This document shows positions 1 through 7,533 of a DNA stretch of 7,533 bases, in pieces. Both the position numbers and the translations under genes were made by a program. Numbering within the stretch: the first letter of the stretch is position 1; each line of letters starts with the position of its first letter. The stretch comes from Amoeboradix gromovi X-113 (lineage: Eukaryota; Fungi; Sanchytriomycota): contig JADGIF010000503.1 in assembly GCA_018985225.1 (NCBI GenBank), positions 1 to 7,533 on the forward strand. Reading direction: 5' to 3'. The notes under the pieces are model-generated. The model searched no databases, was not told the DNA's origin, and worked only from the letters and a program-made list of their open reading frames with translations.

Positions 1-131
1 TTATTTATTTTCCTTTCATACTCGTCAACTCCGCAACTAGCTGAATGTCCACTCGCTTCTTAAATAATGTTCCAAGTTGTTACAGAAAGTTAGTCCAGTT
101 TTGAAATTTGATGTCCCAGATGTAAAAAAAT

Positions 132-1986
132 TTACTTTGCAGTACTAAATACCATCTCACTCAATGATCTACCTCCGGGTACCATGGGTAAACAATGCTC
201 TCGCTTATCTACAACACAGTCAAGTACAATGGGACCATCATCATATTCAATAAATTCTTTCATCGCTCTCTTCAGATCTTTAGGATCAGTTACTCTGATT
301 CCTTTAACACCAAAAGATTCTGCCATTAACACAAAATCAGGATTTACCATCTTGGTGCCGGAGTATCTTTCGTCATAAAACAAGTCTTGCCATTGTCGAA
401 CCATTCCTTGAAAGGAGTTATTGAAAATTAAGACTTTTACGCCTATGTTATATTGCGATGCAGTCATCAATTCCATTCCTAAATTAAATAAAAATACCTG
501 ACATCGCAAATGACGCATCCCCGTCTATATCTACTACAATCTTACTAGGTTGCCCGATTTTTGCACCTATCGCTGCTGGCAAGCCAAATCCCATGGTTCC
601 TAGACCACCTGATGTTATGAAAGTATTTGGGTATCTCCATCTGTAATGCTGAGCTGCAAACATCTGATGCTGTCCAACACCAGTAGTTATTATAACGTTC
701 TCCTTCATATGTGCAACTTCATCATTTAATGCTTGCACTGCTTGCTGTGGTTTAATGATGCTGTCATCTGCTTTGTAAAAGAACGGATAGCGCGCCTTCC
801 ATGAGTTTATTTTGTTTATCCAAGGCGCCCTATCACTTCGCTTTACAGTTTGAAGCATCGGCAAAAGAGTTTTTATGTTAGAACCAACATCGCCTTCAAT
901 GGCTTCATCTACTTGAATAACTTTGTTGATATTCTTTGGCAATATGTCGAAGTGGAATATACCACCTCTGTTCTCCCTTGCAGCTCTTCTAGCCTCTGGC
1001 GCAAATTTGTTTGGATTACCGGTAACTCTGTCATCAAAGCGTGCGCCCATTGCCAATATCACATCCGCATTCTGCATAGAAAAGTTAGCATACGCAGAAC
1101 CATGCATTCCCAACATATGAAGGGACAGCTCACTCATTTCATCATAACTACCCATGCCGAGTAAAGTAGTAGTTACAGGTATTTGGCATTTGACTGAGAG
1201 CTTAGTTAGCATTTCTGCTCCGTTTTTAGAATGCAAAATACCATGCCCAGCATATATAACTGGTTTCTGTGCTTTATTGAGCATATCAGCTATTTTAGAT
1301 AGCTTGAGGTCGTTGAAATGTCCAACATCCAAAGATTTGAGACCAGGGAATTTTGGAGTTATTAAGGACACAGGCTTATTAAGGACAGAAGCAGTTATAT
1401 CTTTTGGCAAATCGACAAGAACAGGACCTTTTCGACCACTCATTGCGATATGAAATGCTTCATTAATACGAAGTGGTAGTTCCTCAATGCTTTTCACCAT
1501 ACAGTTCCATTTTGTACAACTGCGAGTGATACCTATTATATCGGCTTCCTGAAATGCATCAGAGCCAATGGCAGTCGTAGGAACCTGTCCTGTTAAACAA
1601 ACTAATGGAATACCATCAGAAAATGCGTCTTGTAATGGAGTGACAAGATTCGTGGCCCCCGGTCCTGAAGTAACAATAACCACACCTGGTTGTTTGTTTC
1701 CCATCGATCTAGCATAACCAATCGCATTAAATCCGCCGCCTTGCTCATTACGGGGCATATAGAAGGAAAAATATGGGCTATTATATATAGCATCAAAAAC
1801 AGGTAAGATAGCACCACCGCTGTATCCAAATACCTTTTTAACGTTGTGCACTCTTAGCATTTCATGCACAATTTCACCGCCAGTTTTGCCTTTTAAAACT
1901 TGAGGTTCATTAACCGCATAGCCTAGTGCCCTACTGAAACTAGATGAACGTCGCTTGATTGTAATTAAAGTTCTTTTGGAATGCAT
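132..1986 (-). CDS. ILV2: Acetolactate synthase (AHAS) catalytic subunit, mitochondrial; join of exon 1 (1986-498) and exon 2 (478-132), 611 aa
   Basis: Motifs VFGYSGGAILPVFDAI, TSGPGATN, GQVPTTAIGSDAFQE, MLGMHG, RFDDRVTG, TGVGQHQM, TSGGLGTMGFGLPAAIGA, ThDP motif DGDASF...NN, GMVRQWQ and PMVPGG. The N-terminus is Arg/Ser-rich and free of acidic residues, like a mitochondrial presequence. ORFs 484..1986 and 132..518 join in frame as DGDASFAMSG-MELMTASQY once 479-497 is removed. Confidence 0.96.
479..497 (-). other. 19-nt spliceosomal intron in ILV2 (GTATTTTTATTTAATTTAG), phase 1
   Basis: GT...AG ends, AT-only interior and an in-frame TAA. Removal gives the codon G|GA (Gly) and restores normal ThDP-motif spacing with no extra residues. 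Confidence 0.9.
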
Positions 1987-2135
1987 GAAGTTTTGTTTTT
2001 TAATTTCAGGGAGATATGACGTTTTTTAAGCACCATACAAAATAAAAGAAACTTATCGATTGAAATAAACATAATATCGCAATAGGATTTAGAAATAAAG
2101 TTTTGTCCCGAAATAATTTTTATTGAAACATTATC
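1987..2135. promoter_or_regulatory. 149-bp divergent intergenic region, presumed bidirectional promoter for ILV2 and VPS4
   Basis: Head-to-head ATGs at 1986 (-) and 2136 (+); AT-rich. No individual element can be assigned with confidence. Confidence 0.6.
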
Positions 2136-3398
2136 ATGTCAGTCAATGCACTTGATAAAGGTATAGAATTAGCGAAACAAGCCACGCTACTTGATGAACA
2201 GCAGAAATACGCAGAAGCATCTACTACTTATACTAATGCTCTGGAGTATTTGATGCTCGCGATCAAGTATGAGAAAAACGAAAAGATGAAAGAGACAATC
2301 AGAATAAAAGTTCAGGAGTATTTAAAGAGGGCTGAGCAAATTAAAGACCACTTGAATACCGAAAGGACAAAAAAAGGCAAGGCTGTGTCTAGCCAAGGCC
2401 AAGAAGCGGATGATTTCAAATCTAACTTGAACTCTGTAATATTACAAGAAAAACCAAATGTAAAATGGGACGATGTTGCCGGTTTGGAAGCTGCAAAAGA
2501 GAGCTTAAAAGAGGCTGTTATACTACCGATTCGGTTTCCACATCTCTTTACTGGTACTAGACAACCTTGGAAAGGTATTCTTTTATTTGGCCCACCAGGT
2601 ACTGGTAAGTCGTATCTGGCCAAAGCAGTCGCAACTGAAGCGAACTCTACTTTCTTTGCTGTATCTTCATCGGATTTAGTTTCAAAATGGATGGGTGAGT
2701 CTGAGAAACTGGTAAAATCTCTTTTCCAGATGGCCAGAGACCAACGCCCATCCATTATATTTATTGACGAGATTGATTCTCTTACCACTAGTCGCTCTGA
2801 TGGTGAAAGTGAAGCCAGTAGAAGAATTAAAACCGAACTGCTGGTTCAAATCAACGGCGTAGGAGTGGACAATAATCAGGTTTTGGTTCTTGGTGCCACT
2901 AATATTCCTTGGTCTTTAGACCCTGCTGTAAGACGTAGGTTTGAAAAGCGCATTTATATTGCTCTTCCCGATCTATCTGCTCGTACAAAAATGGTTCAAA
3001 TCCATATTGGCGATACTCCTCATACCTTGGATCCTTCAGATTTCCAAGAACTTGGTCAAATGACTGATGGTTACTCTGGATCTGACATATCTGTTGTTGT
3101 TCGTGATGCTCTCATGATGCCTGTTCGCAAAATCCAATCAGCCACTCATTTCAAACAAGTTCAAGCGAAAGACAGAAAAGACATAAATAAAATGAAAGTG
3201 TACTGGACTCCTTGTAGCCCTGGAGATCCTAACGCGATCGAAAAGACATGGATGGAGGTACAGGGTGATGAATTGTTAGAGCCAACTCTTAATATTCAAG
3301 ACTTTTACAAGGCAGTACAAAACAACAGACCTACTGTATCCAAGGCGGATTTGGTTGAACACGAAAAATGGGCACAGCAATTTGGAATGGATGGATAA
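2136..3398 (+). CDS. VPS4: Vacuolar protein sorting 4 AAA+ ATPase (ESCRT-III disassembly), 420 aa, intronless
   Basis: N-terminal MIT domain, [14 protein letters not shown], Walker A GPPGTGKS, pore loop SKWMGESEK, Walker B IIFIDE, arginine fingers [10 protein letters not shown], Vps4 beta domain TPCSPGDP and C-terminal FGMDG. Confidence 0.97.
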   Translation: MSVNALDKGIELAKQATLLDEQQKYAEASTTYTNALEYLMLAIKYEKNEKMKETIRIKVQEYLKRAEQIKDHLNTERTKKGKAVSSQGQEADDFKSNLNSVILQEKPNVKWDDVAGLEAAKESLKEAVILPIRFPHLFTGTRQPWKGILLFGPPGTGKSYLAKAVATEANSTFFAVSSSDLVSKWMGESEKLVKSLFQMARDQRPSIIFIDEIDSLTTSRSDGESEASRRIKTELLVQINGVGVDNNQVLVLGATNIPWSLDPAVRRRFEKRIYIALPDLSARTKMVQIHIGDTPHTLDPSDFQELGQMTDGYSGSDISVVVRDALMMPVRKIQSATHFKQVQAKDRKDINKMKVYWTPCSPGDPNAIEKTWMEVQGDELLEPTLNIQDFYKAVQNNRPTVSKADLVEHEKWAQQFGMDG

Positions 3399-3423
3399 AT
3401 AAATATTTTGTAATTGATTTATT
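3398..3423. terminator. Convergent 3' ends with candidate AATAAA polyadenylation signals overlapping both TAA stop codons
   Basis: AATAAA at 3398-3403 (+) overlaps the VPS4 stop. TTTATT at 3418-3423 is AATAAA on - and overlaps the dehydrogenase stop. Only 23 bp separate the CDSs. Confidence 0.5.
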
Positions 3424-4540
3424 AGAAGTAAAGCACACATCTGATGCATTCACCCGTCTTTAATAGCGCAAATGCTTCATTGATTTTTTCAAATGGTAGC
3501 TTATGTGTCACGAACTCATCGATTTTTAAACTACCATTCATGTAATCATCTACGAGGCCTGGTAACTCGGTTCTACCTTTGACGCCGCCAAATGCACTAC
3601 CTCGCCATTGTCTGCCTGTTACCAATTGAAAAGGCCTGGTACTAATCTCTTTACCGCTAGCAGCGACTCCGATAATCGTTGATATTCCCCAGCCTTTATG
3701 ACAGGCTTCTAATGCAGTTCTCATAACGTCAACCGAGCCTGTGCAGTCGAAAGTGTAGTCAAGACCACCATCAGTGATGTTTACTAAATGGTTTTGGAGT
3801 AAACCTTTTATATCGTTCGGATTTATACACTCTGTAGCGCCTAACTCCATAGCTAACTTAAATTTGTTAGGATTAACATCAATTGCAATAATACGATCAG
3901 CTTTATTGAATGAGCATCCTTGTACGCATGCAAGGCCGACACCACCTAGACCAAAAACAGCACAAGTAGAATTACTCTCTACCAATTTGCTAGCCGCGCA
4001 GAACCCTGTAGTCAATCCGCAACCAAGCAAACAAATTTTATCTGGAGGGGCATCCTTTCTTACTTTCGCGCAGCTAATCTCCAAAACAACTGAGTACTCA
4101 CTAAAAGTTGACGTTCCCATAAAGTGATAAATTTTCTTTCCTGTGTCCTTGTGGGTGAATCTGCTAGTTCCGTCCGGCATAACTCCTTTTCCCTGCGTTC
4201 CTCGAACTAGAGAGCAAAGGTTGGTTTTATTGCTTTTACAGAACTTGCAAGTTTTACATTCTGGTATGTAAAGTGGAATTACCGTATCACCTACAGATAG
4301 ACTAGTAACATCAGGACCAACACTTTCCACTATTCCTACAGTCTCGTGACCCAGAATAACCGGGAATATGCCTTCCGGATCACTGCCACTTTTAGTGTAT
4401 TCATCTGTATGGCAAAGAGCAGTATTTATGCACTTAATGCGTACTTCTCCGCTCTTAGGATCATCCACCAAAACAGTACTGATTTTTAAATCTTCTTTGG
4501 CTCCCCAACAGACCGCAGCTCGGCACTCAATGACTACCAT
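3422..4540 (-). CDS. SFA1: S-(hydroxymethyl)glutathione dehydrogenase / class III alcohol dehydrogenase (formaldehyde dehydrogenase, GSNOR), 372 aa from the ATG at 4540
   Basis: [20 protein letters not shown], structural Zn cysteines [31 protein letters not shown], Rossmann [16 protein letters not shown] and [18 protein letters not shown]. The ORF-track start at 4564 is a TTG; the first ATG ([12 protein letters not shown]) fits the family N-terminus. Confidence 0.95.
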   Translation of the reverse strand: MVVIECRAAVCWGAKEDLKISTVLVDDPKSGEVRIKCINTALCHTDEYTKSGSDPEGIFPVILGHETVGIVESVGPDVTSLSVGDTVIPLYIPECKTCKFCKSNKTNLCSLVRGTQGKGVMPDGTSRFTHKDTGKKIYHFMGTSTFSEYSVVLEISCAKVRKDAPPDKICLLGCGLTTGFCAASKLVESNSTCAVFGLGGVGLACVQGCSFNKADRIIAIDVNPNKFKLAMELGATECINPNDIKGLLQNHLVNITDGGLDYTFDCTGSVDVMRTALEACHKGWGISTIIGVAASGKEISTRPFQLVTGRQWRGSAFGGVKGRTELPGLVDDYMNGSLKIDEFVTHKLPFEKINEAFALLKTGECIRCVLYF

Positions 4541-4544
4541 GTCA

Positions 4545-4690
4545 CAAGGAATTTGGTGACACAATCAAACCTCCTCGTTAAAAGTCCTGATTTCCGAGAA
4601 AATCGAGAATTCCCACAGATAAACTAGCAATCCCAGTAAATCCGTTACCGTGATTGCTCACGCTTTCACTACCCTGAGGCGAGGTTGAAT
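4545..4690 (-). ncRNA. Candidate Fanzor omegaRNA: scaffold ~4690-4565, guide ~4564-4545
   Basis: Overlaps the 3' end of the nuclease ORF, where OMEGA RNAs are encoded. Stems found by eye: AGCAAUC-A-CGGUAA/UUACUG-G-GAUUGCU (4658-4626), GAUUUU-cucg-GAAAUC with extension (4614-4580), and long-range UCAACCUC(GC)CUC (4688-4676) with GAGGAGGUUUGA (4576-4565). Confidence 0.55.
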
Positions 4691-5012
4691 AAGGATGCAT
4701 ATACTTGATGTATATGTTCCTTGCTGCCATATGGTCTCTATCTATCTCCAAATGACAATTGGTACATGTGTAGGTTTCTAAATTGGTTTTCTTTAGAGTA
4801 CCACACCTTGTACATGTCTGAATAGTAAATGCTTCATTACATTCGATTATCGTCTTTCCTCTTTGTTTGCACTTGAACTTCAAGAGTTCCTTGAATGCGT
4901 AATGGGACATTGTGACCATATTTCTTGCGACCTTGCTTGAAAAGCTACTTATCATTTAGCTAGCATTAAACGATGGCAAGTGTATAAGATTATATGTCTT
5001 TGTATGCTGTAC
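4565..5012 (-). mobile_element. Truncated, non-autonomous Fanzor2/IS607-TnpB-type element remnant (boundaries approximate)
   Basis: Contains the C-terminal part of a TnpB-family nuclease followed by a structured 3' region. No transposase, RuvC-I or N-terminal domains are visible upstream. Confidence 0.75.
4578..5003 (-). pseudogene. Fanzor (eukaryotic TnpB) RNA-guided nuclease pseudogene: RuvC-II, Zn finger and RuvC-III only
   Basis: Frame reads TKTYNLIHLPSFNAS*MISSFSSKVARNMVTMSHYAFKELLKFKCKQRGKTIIECNEAFTIQTCTRCG...YTCTNCHLEIDRDHMAARNIYIKY. It has a CxxC...CxxC finger, the DRD..AARNI RuvC-III motif (Asp 4736-4734), Pro at 4976-4974 and Glu 47 codons later (4835-4833). There is an in-frame TAA at 4958-4956 and upstream stops at 5013-5018. 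Confidence 0.88.
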
Positions 5013-6822
5013 CTATTAGTTATTTATTTAGAATTGATTTGGCACTTGTGAAAGGAAGAATATCTAGTATTTAAGCTACTAGAAAAGTCTTGAAATTATA
5101 CAAAAATACATACTAATTCGCGATAAATGATTTATTCAAGAAAACAATCGAGCTGCCTGTAAAAGGAATTCTCGTCGCTGTCTATCCTCAAAGCATAAAT
5201 CTCCAAAAATACTGCAAAATTTGCAACAAATCTTTCCACGTACAGCGCGGGATCTAAATTGTTGACTACATCTAACAAGCCCCTTTGATTTTCTATGAAC
5301 CGTATTTTTATAATTTATCCGAATATTGTTCGATTAGAAATTTAGAAAATTGACCAGGCCTACTCTGTGTATTGCTATGTGTGTTTTGTTAGTCGCAAAA
5401 AAGAATAATCTTAGCGCCAACAGACAGAAAGTTTGGTGCAATTTAAAGAAAAAGAGAGACTGGTAGCAAAAAAAGACAAGAAAGTGCTTTGTATGTTAAT
5501 TTAAGGGTAAAATAACTTGTATTTTGTGTTTAAATACCTGTTAAGGAACTAGTTCTTAGCATTCATGGTAGATGAAAAGTCCGCAAGTATCGTGTTTATT
5601 GCATTGACCACTTTACTTGAGTTTTTTGATGTTAATCATTATTTTAATGCTAGCTCAATTGCTTGATGAGCTGAATATTAGAGTTCTGGAGGCATTTCAC
5701 GAGAGTTTGGATGGCTAACTTGTCTCCTTTAGGTTCCTCGCCTGCGTTTTCAGAAACGCTCCTCATATTTTCCTTTTGTTAATAATTCAGATACCTACTC
5801 CAAAAATATTTAGTACTCCGCGGAATGTTCAGGCAACTTTATTTTTATATTCTGCAGGTTATGCCTGTGTCTAGTTTGTATGAGTTCGAATCCTCAAGAC
5901 CTCAGATTCACTTTTTGACTTGTTCTTATGTCTTATGTACTACTAAAACTAAAAGTGTATTGGATTTGAATTCATATTTCACTGGTTTGGCATGGTTTAG
6001 AGCGTGTTTTGCAGTATAAAATCCATTTCCAGCATGTCCTTGTAATTTCATAAATCTAAATTTCTACCATTTGGAAAAATTGATTCCACTAGAGTTAGCT
6101 GGTGCCATCGAGTAAGTAACTTTCAGATTCGCAGTTTCTAATTTCAACTTGAAATTTGCTCAAGCGTTTGTGTCTTCGCCTAACTGAATACATGGGATGC
6201 TTTTAGCAAGATGAATTAATGGCATCTAGTTGGGCTACTTACACTTACGAAATGCGAACTATGACTTCTTTCATATCTTAGCATTTACAGTACGGTTCCA
6301 GTTCTCGGAGATTAGAATCAACATTCTTGTGCACAGGAGAAAAAACAAAGTGAGAAACCTGATTATAAAATTTATCTTATTTAGTTTTATTTTCCTGTTA
6401 AACACATATTGATTCTGATTATTGCCTTATTACATCCAGTTAACTGTAGCAACCTCTCATTAATGGTCCTGCTTTCCTATAAATCAAGAACTTGATAGAA
6501 GAACTAGCGATAGCTGTCGCCTCCTAGAGACCTTGTTCAGACGACAGTAGGGACTGAGAATCGTCTGCTTTTATTCAATAAGAGTCTAGCTCTACTTTCT
6601 GCAGATTCAAACCCGTTGCGATACTTTCCATGTGCGAGATTCGTAGGAAGATTCACGACTTTCGATATCGGATATATGCAGAAACACTTCAAATATACCT
6701 TGCAGTGGACTCATTTCTTGAAAGATACTATTTTCTAATTCGAGAACATCTTTGTCACTTCCTTTTTAGCGAATCAGGTCTCAAGATCATCAATAAATGA
6801 AAACGCGTCCAAAATAGTAGAG

Positions 6823-7533
6823 ATGGTTCTGAAATCAGTATCGCTTTATCTTTTTACAGCATTGGTTTATGCTGTATCCATAGACTGCCCGGATGTGATA
6901 AATTTTGCTCAAGGACTAAATATGGGACTTTCTAATCCTAGAATAATGAAAGCTCTCCAAAAAGACTGCTGTGCTAGTGACGGTGTGGGCTGCGTATCTG
7001 GACGTGTAGATTATATATTTTGGGTGGGTTTGAGACTTAGTGGTAGCATAAACGTTACTGCCCTTCCTAGAATGATGACTTATCTCGAAATCAGTTACAA
7101 CAAAATAACTGGGATTATCGACGGAGATATTCCCCCATATCTAGACTGGGTATATTTGAACAGCAATTTGATAACTGGAGAGCTACCTGATATATCCTCA
7201 TCTGTGTTAGAATTCTTTGAAGTCTCAAACAACAAGTTTACTGGATCGTTTCCTCAGCTTCCTAGCACAATGGGATACTTTTATATGACTTACAACATGA
7301 TCTCAGGGTGCATACCTGACAATCTGCCATCCAGCCTGTAGAGATTGGAAGCCAGCAACAACCTGTTAGGCTGCCCCATCCCAGAAACCCTGCTGCATAT
7401 TAAAAGTATGAACTTGATATCAAACAGATTGAATGGTACAGTCCCTGCTACCTTTTCTGCAAGTCTTTTTTCTCTGAGTCTTGGCGGGAATGACATATCA
7501 GGAGAGTTTCCTTATTTGACTAACTATTTCACC
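6823..7533 (+). pseudogene. Secreted/surface leucine-rich repeat protein (plant-type LRR), interrupted by an in-frame TAG at 7339-7341; 3' end outside the window
   Basis: Signal peptide MVLKSVSLYLFTALVYA, Cys-rich N-cap (DC...DCC...GVGC...RV), then 21-22 aa repeats LxxLxLxxNxLxGxIP. After the TAG the same frame stays open for 64 codons to the window end with further LRRs (RLEASNNLLGCPIP, MNLISNRLNGTVP, LSLGGNDISGEFP). Confidence 0.8.

Noticed and set aside
484-518. ILV2 as two separate genes or a programmed frameshift
   Set aside because: A canonical GT-AG 19-nt intron restores the conserved motif exactly.
132-4540. Genome-wide UAR=Gln (or UAG) codon reassignment to explain the in-frame stops
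   Set aside because: VPS4 and the dehydrogenase end with TAA at their conserved C-termini, and about 1400 codons of housekeeping CDS contain no in-frame TAA or TAG.
184-4559. Short antisense or overlapping ORFs (184-378, 850-1164, 923-1120, 1154-1453, 1602-1829, 2312-2788, 3774-4127, 4368-4559)
   Set aside because: They are shadows of well-supported genes and have no recognisable motifs.
4541-4564. N-terminal extension MCHQIPCD of the dehydrogenase
   Set aside because: It starts at a TTG; the ATG at 4540 matches the family N-terminus in a eukaryote.
5042-5257. Plus-strand frame containing YCKICNKSF (5210-5236), resembling the start of a C2H2 zinc finger
   Set aside because: No HxxxH follows, several TAA stops interrupt the frame, and no family is recognisable. 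It could be a decayed gene but cannot be supported.
5643-5655. 13-nt TTTAATGCTAGCT matching 4958-4970 in inverted orientation, as a possible terminal inverted repeat
   Set aside because: One copy lies inside the Fanzor coding region rather than at an end, and a match this short is plausible by chance in AT-rich DNA.
5881-5896. TGAGTTCGAATCCTCA, a tRNA T-arm/B-box-like motif
   Set aside because: No matching acceptor stem, D-arm or A-box at the right spacing, so no cloverleaf can be built.
5825-6412. ORFs 5825-6019 and 6230-6412
   Set aside because: Short, without motifs, and consistent with random AT-rich ORFs.
7338-7355. 18-nt GT...AG segment that could splice out the LRR TAG
   Set aside because: It is purine-rich, unlike the ILV2 intron, and its removal would delete the LxxLxLxxN core of an otherwise in-register repeat.
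7290-7496. Minus-strand 68-aa ORF
   Set aside because: Antisense shadow of the LRR frame.
1-7533. CRISPR array or Cas12 locus associated with the RuvC fragment
   Set aside because: No regularly spaced direct repeats are visible; the context is eukaryotic and the motifs fit TnpB/Fanzor.

Overview
Eukaryotic, AT-rich, tightly packed DNA, probably from a compact-genome fungus or fungal relative (inference from the protein sequences). The left part (132-4540) is a housekeeping block. It holds mitochondrial acetolactate synthase ILV2 (- strand, split by a single 19-nt GT-AG intron), VPS4 (+ strand, divergent across 149 bp) and a class III alcohol/S-(hydroxymethyl)glutathione dehydrogenase (- strand, convergent with VPS4 across 23 bp). 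Directly upstream of the dehydrogenase ATG lies a 5'-truncated TnpB/Fanzor2-type nuclease remnant with a rearranged RuvC-II, a Zn finger and RuvC-III. Its 3' end overlaps a strongly structured segment that looks like an omegaRNA scaffold, whose guide would be the dehydrogenase 5' leader. Then come ~1.8 kb with no recognisable gene (one possible structured RNA) and a secreted plant-type LRR gene with an in-frame TAG that runs off the window.
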